Below are positions 13,359 through 24,044 of a stretch of 64,000 bases of DNA, in pieces (the first letter of the stretch is position 1; the number at the start of each line of letters is the position of its first letter). The notes beneath the pieces are model-generated. The model was not told the DNA's origin and made no database searches. It saw nothing but the letters and a program-made list of their open reading frames with translations. Both the position numbers and the translations under genes were made by a program. The stretch is taken from assembly GCA_963810095.1 (NCBI GenBank), contig CAWEMM010000001.1, forward strand, positions 64,001 through 128,000. The letters run 5' to 3'. Origin of the DNA: an uncultured Chloroflexia bacterium (GTDB lineage: Bacteria; Chloroflexota; Anaerolineae; CG2-30-64-16).

Positions 13359-14840
13359 ATGAATCAGAAACGATACCATATCTGGACGATCGGCTGTCAG
13401 ATGAACGAGGCAGACTCGGGACGGGTAGCAGCCGAGCTCGATGCACTGGGATATGCGCCCACGAGCGAGGCCGGTGACGCCGACGTCATCGTACTGAACA
13501 CCTGCGTGGTGCGGCAGACCGCGGAGGACCGGGCCGTCGGCCGCTTGTGGTCACTGCGACCGCTAAAGCAGGAACACCCGGAGCGCGTGATCGCGCTGAT
13601 GGGCTGCATGGTGGGCATCAAGCCGAACCAGGCCCTCAAGGAGCGCTTCCCCTTCGTCGACGTGTTTATGCCACCTTCTGACCCCGCGCCGCTCGTAGGT
13701 TATCTCAGCAGCGACGCCCTCGAAGCCGAAGCCCGCGTGCTGGAAGACGCGGAGACCACCGTCCGCTACGACTTCCAGGACTTCGCCGGCCCGGGGGCCG
13801 AAAGCCCGGAAGCGGCGGCCATGGGCCTGATTGAGCCGGATTGGGACGCGCCCCTCGGGGAAGGGATCCCGGAGGCCGGCCCGATCCTGGCGCCGACGGA
13901 TCACTCGATCCAGAGCGTGCGGCACCTCTCGCTGAGCGGCGTCACGCCGGTAACGGCCAACGTGCCGATCGTTTATGGCTGCTCGCATGCGTGCACTTTC
14001 TGCATCATCCCGTTCAGGCGGGGGGTGGAGAGGAGCCGTCCGCTGGAGGAGGTCGTCCGAGAGGTGCGCGGGCTCGTGAGCCAGGGCGTGCGCGAGGTGA
14101 CCCTGCTCGGCCAGATCGTGGACCGCTACGGCAAGGACTTTCCAGGCGGTCGGCCCGATCTTGCCGATCTGCTCGAGGCGGTCGACGCGATCGACGGGCT
14201 GTGGCGCATCCGGTTCCTCACCAGCCACCCCAATTACATGACGGATCGCATCCTCGAGGCGGTGGCGCGCTTACCGAAGGTCTGCGAACAGATCGAGATT
14301 CCCGTGCAGGCAGGCGACGACGACGTGCTCCTGGCGATGAAGCGGGGGTATACCACGGACCAGTATCGCCGGCTGGTGGCGCACGTGCGCGAGCGGATCC
14401 CGAACACCGCGATCCATACGGACATCATCGTGGGCTTCCCCGGCGAGACGACCGAGCAGTTTCAGCGTACGCACGGCCTGCTGAGCGAGCTGCGCCTGGA
14501 CAAGGTGCACCTCGCCATGTACTCGCCCCGGCCCGGGACCGTCAGCGAGCGGCGAATGGAAGATGACGTGCCCGCCGTAGAGAAGAAGCGCCGGTGGGAC
14601 GCGCTCGACGCAGTGCAGCGCGAGGTGCTGGCCGAGATCAACGGCCGGTCTCTGGGCGAAGTGGTCGAGGTGCTGGTCGAGGAGAACCACAAAGGCCGCT
14701 GGCGCGGCCGGACGCGCACCAACAAGCTGGTCTTTTTCGATCACACGGCCGACTGGCGCGGGAGGCTCGCCAACGTCCGCATCAGCTGGGCGGGGCCCTG
14801 GTCGATGATCGGCGAGGTCAGCGAACCATCCGAGAATTAG
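13359..14840 (+). CDS. miaB: tRNA-i6A37 methylthiotransferase MiaB
   Basis: TIGCQMNEADS, NTCVVRQTAE, radical-SAM CSHACTFC, DIIVGFPGET, YSPRPGT, C-terminal TRAM GRTRTNK. Confidence 0.95.
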   Translation: MNQKRYHIWTIGCQMNEADSGRVAAELDALGYAPTSEAGDADVIVLNTCVVRQTAEDRAVGRLWSLRPLKQEHPERVIALMGCMVGIKPNQALKERFPFVDVFMPPSDPAPLVGYLSSDALEAEARVLEDAETTVRYDFQDFAGPGAESPEAAAMGLIEPDWDAPLGEGIPEAGPILAPTDHSIQSVRHLSLSGVTPVTANVPIVYGCSHACTFCIIPFRRGVERSRPLEEVVREVRGLVSQGVREVTLLGQIVDRYGKDFPGGRPDLADLLEAVDAIDGLWRIRFLTSHPNYMTDRILEAVARLPKVCEQIEIPVQAGDDDVLLAMKRGYTTDQYRRLVAHVRERIPNTAIHTDIIVGFPGETTEQFQRTHGLLSELRLDKVHLAMYSPRPGTVSERRMEDDVPAVEKKRRWDALDAVQREVLAEINGRSLGEVVEVLVEENHKGRWRGRTRTNKLVFFDHTADWRGRLANVRISWAGPWSMIGEVSEPSEN

Positions 14841-14904
14841 CTGGGGCCGGTCTCTGACCCAGCCCCAGCTGGCGCACGGGCCAGAGTACTTTCGGATGGA
14901 TTCT

Positions 14905-14940
14905 AGAACAAAATGGGGGGCTGCGAGTGCAGCCCCCCAT
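14905..14940 (-). terminator. Rho-independent terminator for the LysM genes
   Basis: atggggggctgc-gagt-gcagccccccat perfect stem with a T-rich tail on the minus strand. Confidence 0.75.
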
Positions 14941-14961
14941 CGGTTATCTTAGCCCGCTACA

Positions 14962-16530
14962 TCAGGGGATGCAGAGGGACTGGCCGAGATAGATCAGGTC
15001 CGCATTGCGGATGTTGTTGGCCCGGATGATGCTGCTGCCCGATACGCCGTACTTGCCGGCGACCTTGGCCAGCGTGTCACCCGACTTCACAGTGTGATGC
15101 GCCGCGCAGCTGCCTGTGCTCACTGCCACGGGGCGAGCCGCAGTCGTGGCGCCCGCCACCGGCGGGTCCTGGACATTAGTGAAGTTCACCGTCGCGCCCG
15201 TGTAGGTCGGCGGGACAGGATACGGGAATTTGACGGTCACGCAGACCGGCGTCTTGGCGATCCAGTGATCGCGCTGTTCCTCGCACACATTGATCGAAGC
15301 GCCGGGGAATGCCATCTCCGCGGTCTTGAGCTGGTCCTGCGTGAAGACATACTGGCCGAGTGCGTCGGTCGAGGTCGAGACGGACGTCTCGGTGCCGACC
15401 AGCGTCGCGGTGATCACCCAGCCGGGCAAGCCGACCAGGGTGCCCTTGTACGGCTTCTCCCAGGCCTCGAACCACTTCGTGCCCGAGATCTTCAACGTCC
15501 CGATGAGCTCCTGGTTCTCAAAGGTAGCCTCGACCGTCTCGCAGTCCATCAGGCTGACCGTGATGGGATTGTTGCCCAACACCTTCCAGCCGGACTGTAC
15601 GGTCTCGGTGACCTTGTAGACGCCAGGGTACAGGCCGTCAAAGACGGCGCGGCCGTCGCCGCTAGTCGTCTTGACGATGGAGGTCGCGGTGCCGTCTGCC
15701 CGGCTGACCGTGAACTTCCAGCCTGCGATGGTGCCGAGTGGCTCCTTGCCCCCGTCCGAGTTCGTGCCGTAGCCCAGCTTGGTCACGATGATCTTCGGAT
15801 GGCACACCGGCTCACGATTCTTGAAGACGATCGGGTTGATGGCGCCGATCGGTTGGTACTGATCGACGATCCGCTCGACGGGGTTCGGGGTCAGCGGCGT
15901 CCAGCCCGACTTAACGGTCTCGGCGACGCTCCACGTGCCCGGCGTCAAGGTCAACAGGCCCTGCCCGCTGGTGATGGTAGCCGTGACGACCTTGGCGAAA
16001 GGATCGCCGACCGGCGTGGCCGTGATGTTCCAGTTCTCGCCGGGCACCACGGTGCCGTCAAGTCGCTCTTCCCACTTGAGGACAGGGATGGTGACCAGGC
16101 GGCGGATCTTGAACAGGATACGGTAGCACGTGCTGCTCTTTGCGAGCGCAGTGGGGCCGGTCTCGGCCACCCCGCCGATTCTCGCCAGCGGTACGATGCC
16201 ATTCCAGCCCTCGGGCAAGGGGAGCCGGAAGTTGTACGTCCCGGCAGCGAGGTTGGCGAACTTGAAGTAGCCGTCCTTGCCGACCGGTGCGGTCCCAACC
16301 TGCTGGTTGGTCGCCACGTCCCAGGCTTCCACGACGAGGGGCGGGTTGGTCTTCGTGCCATCCACCGCGAGCTCACGGTGGTTGATCACGTACCCATCCA
16401 CGCAGACCTCGCCCTTGGCTTGCTGAACGCCGTTGGTGGTCGGGCCGTCCGCAAACGCTACACTGCCGACCAACAAGAGCATCAACAGCGCGGCCGCCAG
16501 GGCCAAGATGAACGTCCGTTGCTTGACCAT
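14962..16530 (-). CDS. Secreted protein with several Cna-B/SdrD-B-like Ig domains and a C-terminal LysM
   Basis: Signal peptide (..SVAFA), GYFKFANLAAGTY, FDGLYPGVYKVTE, TDALGQYVF, HTVKSGDTLAKVAGKYGVS...NADLIYLGQSLCIP; RBS GAGGAGG. Confidence 0.87.
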   Translation of the reverse strand: MVKQRTFILALAAALLMLLLVGSVAFADGPTTNGVQQAKGEVCVDGYVINHRELAVDGTKTNPPLVVEAWDVATNQQVGTAPVGKDGYFKFANLAAGTYNFRLPLPEGWNGIVPLARIGGVAETGPTALAKSSTCYRILFKIRRLVTIPVLKWEERLDGTVVPGENWNITATPVGDPFAKVVTATITSGQGLLTLTPGTWSVAETVKSGWTPLTPNPVERIVDQYQPIGAINPIVFKNREPVCHPKIIVTKLGYGTNSDGGKEPLGTIAGWKFTVSRADGTATSIVKTTSGDGRAVFDGLYPGVYKVTETVQSGWKVLGNNPITVSLMDCETVEATFENQELIGTLKISGTKWFEAWEKPYKGTLVGLPGWVITATLVGTETSVSTSTDALGQYVFTQDQLKTAEMAFPGASINVCEEQRDHWIAKTPVCVTVKFPYPVPPTYTGATVNFTNVQDPPVAGATTAARPVAVSTGSCAAHHTVKSGDTLAKVAGKYGVSGSSIIRANNIRNADLIYLGQSLCIP

Positions 16531-16827
16531 GTATCCCTCCTCTGTACCATCAGGCAATGATGGGTCTGGGTGAGACCCTGCATGAGTGACAATCCGGATT
16601 TCGGCTGGCAAACAGGGCGCCAACCCCCTGCCTGGCGACCACCCTCCTACGAGCAGCCCTTTGCACGCTCGTGGCGCCGCAGCCCATCCAACGGTGACCG
16701 CATGCGACGTCTCCGTGAGCAGCGAGTGAGACGCCGCATGCTCGGACCACTTGTGCTTACTGCTGGTCCGAGCATGATGAGCAGCGACGGGCAAGTTCGA
16801 CGCGCTGCAGTTCACCCTCCGTCAGGG

Positions 16828-18537
16828 TCAGGGAATGCAGAGCCGCTGCCCCACGTAGATCAGGTTAGCATTCTTCAGGCTGTTACGCTGCGCGATCGCC
16901 TGCACCGAAGTGCCGTAACGGACTGCGATCTTCGTGAGCGTATCGCCGGGCCGGACCACATACCAGGTGCACGAGCCGCCCGGTGGCGGGTTCGTGCTGC
17001 CGCCCTTGCATGGCACGACAAGCCGCTGGCCCAGGATCAGGATATTGGGATTGCGGATGCCGTTGGCCGATGCCAACTGCTCTACGGTCGTCCCGTACTT
17101 GGCTGCGATGTCCTTGAGTGCGTCCCCGTTCTGCACGACGTAGTAGCACGGACCGACGACGACGGGCGGCGTGACTCCGGCCGTCGAGCAGGCCACCACC
17201 TTGATCGCGTCCAGGTTGACGTTCAGCTCGCGCTGCGGGGTGCCCCACTTCTTCCAGGCCCGGAAGCCGATAATGGTCTTCCCCGCCGGCGCCGTGAACC
17301 GGGTGCCGAACGACGACATGAAGCCCGGTGCAGTGCGCACGAAGAAGTTGTCCCACGGCAGCTCGGTCCAGTTAGTGATGTCGGCCTCGCTCGGATCGGC
17401 ATCGGCCGGTGCGTAACCCCACTGCACCCGATACCGCCACCGGTCTTCATTCGGGTGGGAGGCTTCCTGGCGGATCATGCCCCAGGCCGAAACCTGGTAA
17501 GTGGCGCCGGCCGTTAAGCCGTTGACGACCTGGTAAATGCCGGCGAAACGATCGGGGTCGGAGGCCGCCCGGCCCCAGGTATTGATCTCGATCAGCTGGC
17601 CGTGCGTGCCGTCCTTGACGACGGGCGCCCACATCTCGTCGTAGAACCCGTAGCTTGCCGCGCCGCCGTTCGTGAAGGAGCTCCAGTTCTTGCCGACGCC
17701 GTTGACAAAGCCGCTCTCAAAATCACCGTTCGCGAGGAATGTGCCGCCCCCACAGCTGAGCACCGGGGGCGCCACCGGTTGCACCGGCTTCGGCGCCGTA
17801 GCCTGCTCGACGGGGCCCGGCAAGATCACGACGGGATTGGCCAGCTGAACCGGCTGCCGAACGACCTGGCCCGTGAGGCTGACCGCGTCGATGTTGACGT
17901 CGAGCTCCTTGTAGGAGTTGCCCCACTTCTTCCAGGCCCGGATGAACAGCGTGATTTTGCCGCTGGGCGCCGCGAAGGTCGTCGCGAAGCTCTGCAGGCC
18001 CGTAGGCGCAGTGCGCTCGTCGATCTTGTCCCACGGCAGTTCCACCCAGTTCGTCACCTTCGTCCAGTCCGTCGAGCCATCGGACGTGTATCCCCACTGG
18101 ACGCGGTAGCGGAACTTGTCCTCGTTCGGGTCGGGCTGATGCTCGCGCATGCCGCCCTGCATCTTGAGCGTGTAGCTGGCGCCCTTGGTCAAACCGACCG
18201 TCTGATAAATGCCTGCGAAACGGTCGGGCTGCGAGGCCGCGTACTGCTTGGTGTTGATCTCGATGAGTTGACTGTGGAGGCCGTCGGCGATCACCGGGGT
18301 CCATTGATCGTCGTAGAAGCCGTAAGCTGCATTGCCGCCGTTGGTGAAACAACCCCAATTCGCGCCGACCATCCCGCAGCCCGGGATCATCACGAACCCA
18401 CCCTCGAAATTGCCGTTCTGGATCACGTCCATCGTGGCGACGGCGAGTCCCGTCGAACTGCCGAGCGTGAGGCTGACCAGGATCGCGAGAGCGAGGGCAA
18501 GCGCCATCAGGCGCCGGGGATTCCTCAGGAATCGCAT
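16828..18537 (-). CDS. Secreted protein with two tandem carbohydrate-binding-like domains and two LysM domains
   Basis: Signal peptide; duplicated NGxFEx[28 protein letters not shown] domain; YVVQNGDAL.. and YVVRPGDTL.. LysM repeats. Confidence 0.88.
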   Translation of the reverse strand: MRFLRNPRRLMALALALAILVSLTLGSSTGLAVATMDVIQNGNFEGGFVMIPGCGMVGANWGCFTNGGNAAYGFYDDQWTPVIADGLHSQLIEINTKQYAASQPDRFAGIYQTVGLTKGASYTLKMQGGMREHQPDPNEDKFRYRVQWGYTSDGSTDWTKVTNWVELPWDKIDERTAPTGLQSFATTFAAPSGKITLFIRAWKKWGNSYKELDVNIDAVSLTGQVVRQPVQLANPVVILPGPVEQATAPKPVQPVAPPVLSCGGGTFLANGDFESGFVNGVGKNWSSFTNGGAASYGFYDEMWAPVVKDGTHGQLIEINTWGRAASDPDRFAGIYQVVNGLTAGATYQVSAWGMIRQEASHPNEDRWRYRVQWGYAPADADPSEADITNWTELPWDNFFVRTAPGFMSSFGTRFTAPAGKTIIGFRAWKKWGTPQRELNVNLDAIKVVACSTAGVTPPVVVGPCYYVVQNGDALKDIAAKYGTTVEQLASANGIRNPNILILGQRLVVPCKGGSTNPPPGGSCTWYVVRPGDTLTKIAVRYGTSVQAIAQRNSLKNANLIYVGQRLCIP

Positions 18538-18641
18538 AGGATCCTCCTTCTCAACCAACCGTGCCTCACGTAGTGCAACGACTTGGGTGGCTGCGACCGT
18601 ACGCGGGCAAACTCACAAGCTACGGGACATATCTCGCGCGG

Positions 18642-18703
18642 ATTGTAGCACATGTGCCGCGCGAACGCAATAGGGTTATTCTTCCAATTCCATCACAATT
18701 ACA
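18642..18703 (-). promoter_or_regulatory. sigma70 promoter of the LysM genes plus an upstream direct-repeat operator candidate
   Basis: Minus strand TTGCGT-17bp-TACAAT (TG extension); TGTAAT-N5-TGGAAT at 18687-18703. Confidence 0.6.
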
Positions 18704-18753
18704 TTTTCGGCACACCTCCTGACAACTTTTAGCGCGCGATGCTAAATCTTATG

Positions 18754-20160
18754 TTAAGTAGATGAGGTTTTGCCCTCGTTCAGCCAGGCAATTTCGGCTA
18801 TTGCGGTCTCCAGGTCAGTGCGCGCTCGCTCGGCGTACGCGGCGTAGCGCCGCCGCTTGTCACGCACAGTGGGCTCCAGCTCGGGCAGCAGGCCGAAGTT
18901 CGCCTTCATGGGTTGGAAGCCGGCCGGGTCCGCGTGCGTTACGTAGTGTAGCAGCGCACCCAGCATGGTCGTCTCGGGCCATTCGACGGGCTGATGCCCC
19001 GCCAGCACGGCCCACGCGTTCAACCCGGCCGCGAGCCCGCTCGCAGCCGATCCAACGTAGCCCTCGGTGCCGGTCAACTGGCCGGCGAAGAACAGGTCGT
19101 CTCGGGTGCGCCACTGCAGCGTAGGCCGCAGCAGCCGCGGGCTGTTGATGAAGGTGTTGCGGTGCATCTGGCCGAAGCGCACGAACTCGGCGTTCGCCAG
19201 CCCGGGGATCATGCGCAACACGCGCTCCTGATCCCCCCACTTGATGTTCGTCTGGAAACCGACCAGGTTGTAAAGGGTGCCCGCCGCGTTGTCCTGGCGC
19301 AGTTGAACGACCGCATAAGGTCTGCGGCCGGTGCGCGGGTCCCGAAGTCCCACGGGGCGCATGGGCCCGAAGGCCAGCGCCATGGGATCACGTGCGGCCA
19401 GCACTTCGATGGGCAGACAGCCCTCGAAATAGCGCCGCGTCTCGTCCTGCTCGAACTCGCGGAGGCTGATCTTCTCCGCGTCGTTGACCGCCTGCACAAA
19501 GGCGATGTATTCGTCCTTGTCGAGCGGGCAGTTGATGTAGTCGCCTTCAGGCTCGGCTGGTTCGCCATTGCCAGCGCTGGAGTCCACTCCTGGCGCAGGC
19601 TTCGCATAACGGCTCTGGCGGAACGCAATCGACAGGTCGACCGTGTCGACCGCGACGATCGGCGCCATGGCATCGAAGAAGTAGAGCGTCTCTTCGCCTG
19701 CCAGCGCCCGTATGACCTGGGCAAACGGCGCAGATGTGAGCGGTCCGGTTGCGACGATAGTCGGCTGGCCCTCGGGCAGCGCCAGCACCTGCTCGCGCAT
19801 GACCGTAATGCCCGGGTGGCCCTCGATGGCCGCCGTCACCCCCGCCGCGAACGCGTCACGGTCCACCGCCAGCGCACCCCCCGCCGGCACTGCATGCTCG
19901 TCGGCAACCCGGATGATCACCGAACCCAGACGGCGCAGTTCTTGCTTAAGCACGCCCAGCGCCCGGTCCGGCAGATCGGATCCGAGGCTGTTCGAGCACA
20001 CCAGCTCGGCCATTTCGGCCGTCTGGTGCGCGGGGGTCATCGTGCCCGGCCGCATCTCGTACAACAGGACGGACGCCCCGCGCTCCGCAGCCTGCCAGGC
20101 CGCTTCCGCGCCTGCCAGCCCTGCACCGATGACGACGACGTCGTGCTTCTCTCCTGTCAC
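18754..20160 (-). CDS. trmFO: Folate/FAD-dependent tRNA m5U54 methyltransferase TrmFO (Gid)
   Basis: [72 protein letters not shown]. Confidence 0.96.
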   Translation of the reverse strand: MTGEKHDVVVIGAGLAGAEAAWQAAERGASVLLYEMRPGTMTPAHQTAEMAELVCSNSLGSDLPDRALGVLKQELRRLGSVIIRVADEHAVPAGGALAVDRDAFAAGVTAAIEGHPGITVMREQVLALPEGQPTIVATGPLTSAPFAQVIRALAGEETLYFFDAMAPIVAVDTVDLSIAFRQSRYAKPAPGVDSSAGNGEPAEPEGDYINCPLDKDEYIAFVQAVNDAEKISLREFEQDETRRYFEGCLPIEVLAARDPMALAFGPMRPVGLRDPRTGRRPYAVVQLRQDNAAGTLYNLVGFQTNIKWGDQERVLRMIPGLANAEFVRFGQMHRNTFINSPRLLRPTLQWRTRDDLFFAGQLTGTEGYVGSAASGLAAGLNAWAVLAGHQPVEWPETTMLGALLHYVTHADPAGFQPMKANFGLLPELEPTVRDKRRRYAAYAERARTDLETAIAEIAWLNEGKTSST

Positions 20161-20478
20161 TCTCACCAGCTCCACCTTGGGTCGATGCTGCCGTTTAAAT
20201 GAACGGGCCAATCGACTGTTTTGTCGTGTTCCCTGATAAGAATGACGCCAGGAGTGACGGAAAGTAACGGGAATATCTGGTGCTTGCGCCGGATTATACA
20301 CCGTTCGGACAAGAAAGCAAATGCTAATTTCTGGATATGGCGTGAGCCCGGAGATTGCGACGCTAGTCCGCGCCCGGGGCGTCTCTCGCCCGCCGCAGCC
20401 GCGCAACCTTGACAGGCTCCGCGAGCGGGTATCCTGCGCTCGGTTCAGGCTTTCACAGACGAGGAGGCGCCCCGAGGC

Positions 20479-21790
20479 ATGCGTACAGTCGACATCATCA
20501 CCAAGAAGCGCGACGGCGGCGAGTTAACGCGGGCGGAAATCGACGCGTTCATCCAAGGTTATGTCGCCGGCGACATCCCGGACTATCAGGCCGCCGCTTG
20601 GGCGATGGCCGTGTTCTTCCGGGGGATGAGCTCCGCCGAAACAGCCATGCTCACGGAGGCGATGGCCTTTTCGGGCGATACGCTCGACCTGCACGACACG
20701 CTGCCGTTCATCGTCGACAAGCATTCATCAGGGGGGGTGGGCGACAAGACCACGCTGGTCGTGGGCCCCATGGTCGCAACGCTCGGAGTGCCCGTCGGGA
20801 AGATGTCGGGGCGGGGGCTCTCCTTTTCCGGCGGCACGCTGGACAAGCTCGAATCGATCCCCGGCTTCAGCGTGCGGCTCAGCCTCGACCAGTTCAAGCG
20901 CCAGCTCAAGGAGATCGGTCTGGTGGTTGCGGGGCAGACGAAGGAATTGGCGCCGGCGGACGGCAAGCTCTACGCGCTGCGCGACGTCACCGGGACGGTG
21001 CCCTCGCTTCCGCTCATCGCCAGTTCAATCATGTCCAAGAAGATCGCGGCGGGCGCCGACGCGATTGTGTTGGATGTGAAGGTTGGCCAGGGCGCTTTCA
21101 TGGAGACGGTGCCCGCCGCGACCGAGCTGGCCCAGCTGATGGTGGATATCGGGCGGCATCTGGGGCGCAAGATGGCGGCGCTGATCGGCGATATGAGCCA
21201 GCCGCTGGGCTTGGCCGTGGGGAACGCGCTGGAGGTCAAGGAGGCGGTCGCGACGCTGCGCGGGGCAGGGCCGGCCGACTTCGTCCGGCATTGCGTCGAC
21301 GTGTCGGCTGCCATGCTTATGATCGCCGGCCTGTACGACGATCCGTACGCAGCGGGCGCTGCGGCTCACGGGGCGCTCGCCGATGGCCGGGCCTTCGACA
21401 AGTTCCGGCAGTTTGTCCTGGCACAGGGCGGCGACCTGGCCTATGTCGACGATCCTGAGCGGCTGCCCGCGCGCCGCGTTCGTCGCGGAATTAGCGGCGC
21501 CCGTGGACGGGTATATCCACCGGGTAGATGCGCGCGAGGTTGGGTATACGGTCGTGGACCTGGGGGGCGGACGCGCCCGCAAAGAGGACGCGATCGAGCC
21601 TTCAGTGGGGGTGATGCTGGCGCCGTCGACGAAGGTGGGCCATCCGGTGCAAACCGGGCAGCCACTGCTGACAGTTCATGCGGCGAGTGCCGAGAGCCGC
21701 GATGCAGCGCTGGCGCGGCTATCACACGCCATTGTCATCGGCGCGGAGCCTGTGGAGGCGCCCCCGCTGATCCACCGGGTCATTCGCTAG
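20479..21790 (+). CDS. pdp: Pyrimidine-nucleoside/thymidine phosphorylase, frameshift near 21470
   Basis: [54 protein letters not shown]; C-terminal LGGGR..D in the adjacent frame. Confidence 0.95.
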
Positions 21791-22333
21791 GGGGTCGGTC
21801 TCGCAAGCCGGGTGGGCCGGCCATGTGCTTGGATGTCGGCGGCCAGGGCCTGTAACAGGGTCCTGGCCGCTGCCTTTGCCTCGGCCGCCTGGGTGGCGAA
21901 GTCGCCGTCGAGCGGATCGCCAGACGGCACTGGCTGGACGGGGATGTTGCTGCCCTGGAGGATCGGCGCCGCCACGGCCGCAGTCTCGGCCGAGAATGGA
22001 CCGACGACGGCGACCACGTCCGGGTCGAGGGCCAGGGCTTGGGCCTGCTGCTCGGCGGTCACAGGGTCGAGGCTGTCGTTGAAGGCCACCACCAGCACCC
22101 GATACGATCCCAATGCGCCGGACACGTTGGCTTCGGCCGCGGCCGCCTTGATCTCGGGCAGGACCGCGTAGCCAAGCTCGCGGCCGCGGCCCTCGAAACG
22201 GCGCGATGACGCCGAGCTTGACCACAGGCGCGGCACTGCCGGGGAGTGTGCAGGCGGTGAGGAGGACGGACACAAGGACGCCAAGCAACACGATGCCGCG
22301 AGAGTGCGCCCGGCCCGGTTGTCTCGCACGCAT
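21787..22333 (-). CDS. Short lipoprotein with a Leu/Ile/Val-binding-like periplasmic N-terminal domain, frameshift near 22200
   Basis: Lipobox [14 protein letters not shown](EG)..[23 protein letters not shown]. Confidence 0.65.
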
Positions 22334-22359
22334 CTCGCACTCACCATCACGCTCCCCCG

Positions 22360-23563
22360 CTACTTCTGATAGTTCGCGATGTTCTGTTGGTGCTCGGCGA
22401 GCGTCGTCGCGAACACGTGGCCCCCGTCGCCCGTGGCGACGAAGAAGCAGTACTTCGTGTCGGCCGGCTTCACTGCCGCCTCGATTGCAGACAGGCCGGG
22501 GCTGGCAATCGCCGCGGGCGGCAGGCCCGCTCGCAGGTACGTGTTGTAGGGCGATTGAACGGTCGAGTAAGCCTCGACGCTCGGCGGCTTCCACCACCAC
22601 TCGCCGGGCCGGCCCGCGGCGTACTGCACCGTCGGATCGGCCTGCAGGTACGCGCCGCCGGTCTCCCTGCTGCATGCGCCGCTGGCGCGGTTCCAATACA
22701 CACTGGCGACCAGTGGTCGTTCATCTGCCCGGGGCGCCTCCCGCTCGACGATGGAGGCCATGATGACGACCTGCTCGAGTCCGCGCCCCGCCTGGCCCGC
22801 GCTGGCCAGCGTGTCGTGGTTGACCTTCGCCTGGAAGTTGTCCAGCATGCGCTTCAGCAGGTCTGAAGGCTGCGCGGGCACCGGCAGACGGTATGTATCG
22901 GGGAAGAGGTAGCCCTCGAGGGTCGTGAGCCCGGCCGGCAGCCAATCGTACTCGCCGATCGCACCTGCCGACGCGCTGCCGCCCTGCACCATGGCCAGGA
23001 AGGCCGACCCATCCATCACGCCCTTCACGTCGAGCAGCTCGGCCACTTCCTCGGCGCGCATGCCTTCGGGCACGGTGAACGTGATTTCCTCATAGCGCGC
23101 CCGCTGCAGCCGGTCGGCAATCTCCGCCATGGTCATGGCAGGCGAGATCTCGAACGTCGCCGGCAGCCAATTTCTGATCGATCGCCGTTGTAGCGCATAT
23201 AGCGGCGGAACAGGTCGCGTCCTTGATGAAGCCCTCTTCCTCGAGGCGCGTCGCGACGCTCAGCGCAGTCTCGCCGCTGTCGATCGTGAAGATCTTGCGC
23301 TTGTCTTCCGTGCTGGCCGGGGTGTCGATCGCGGCCTGCTGGGTGCGCAAATACAGGCCCGTCAGCCGCTGCTCGATGGTCGCGGGCTGCAAGTCGAGCG
23401 GCTGCTCGGAGGCAGGCTTGAGCAAGGCCACGTGGGCCGGCTCGGGCACGTCGTTCAGCTGGGCCGACACGAAGCTGACCGCCACGAAGCCCAGGACCGC
23501 GAGGGCCGAGAGCGGCACAAGAAAGAGCATGAAGCGTAATATGAGATGAAGCGCCCGGTGCAT
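22360..23563 (-). CDS. mltG: Endolytic transglycosylase MltG, frameshifts in the N-terminal part
   Basis: N-terminal TM, TVPEGMRAEE, LEGYLFPDTY, ASIVERE, LQADPTVQYA, SPYNTY..GLPP..IASPG; RBS GGAGG. Confidence 0.93.
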
Positions 23564-24037
23564 CAGAGGGCCTTCCTCCTTCGAGCTATCGAGAAAATCC
23601 GCCAGGATCAGGGCGGCAGCTGCGGCGTCGATCCCGGTCCTGCCACCCGCCTCGGCGAGGCGCTCTGCGGCGTCGACGGACGACAGCGTCTCATCCCAGA
23701 ACGCAACGGGCACGTCCAGGCTGCCGGCAAGCCGTCCCGCGTAGCGCCGGGTCCAGCGGGCCTGTGATCCCGACGCCTCAACCGCGCCCTCGGCGCCCGG
23801 CTCCCCGGCGTCCGCGCCGGGCATACCCACGAGCACGCCGACGGCACGCTCACGACGAACGAGGTCGGCGATGGCCGCGAAGTCTTCCGCACGCGTCGCA
23901 TGCCGCCGCACGACGTCGAGCGGCGACGCCAGCATGCCCGCTTCGTCGCACACCGCCACGCCGATACGCGCCTGCCCCAAGTCGAGTGCCAGCAGGCGGC
24001 CGGCAGGCAAGTCAAAGGCCGAGGGCAGAATGGACAT
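23563..24037 (-). CDS. ruvX: Holliday-junction resolvase-like / pre-16S rRNA nuclease RuvX (YqgF)
   Basis: LLALDLGQARIGVAVCD, VGMP, WDETLSS, IDAAAAALIL. Confidence 0.9.
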
Positions 24038-24044
24038 GAGCGCG

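Noticed and set aside
18600-18635. c-di-GMP-I-like words (GGGCAAAC...AAGCTACGGG) near the LysM promoter
   Set aside because: Wrong strand relative to the LysM genes, and the GAAA tetraloop stem and GACGCAAAG core are missing
20165-20245. SAM-I-like fragments (CTTATCAG, GGCCC, GGCAGC) in the trmFO leader
   Set aside because: Lacks the GAGGGA kink-turn element and the closing GATAAG/GATGAG strand; only a simple hairpin is supported
23090-24037. Apparent RuvX-MltG fusion ORF
   Set aside because: A GGAGG RBS and TGATG stop/start overlap at about 23563 indicate two coupled genes joined by an indel in an error-dense region
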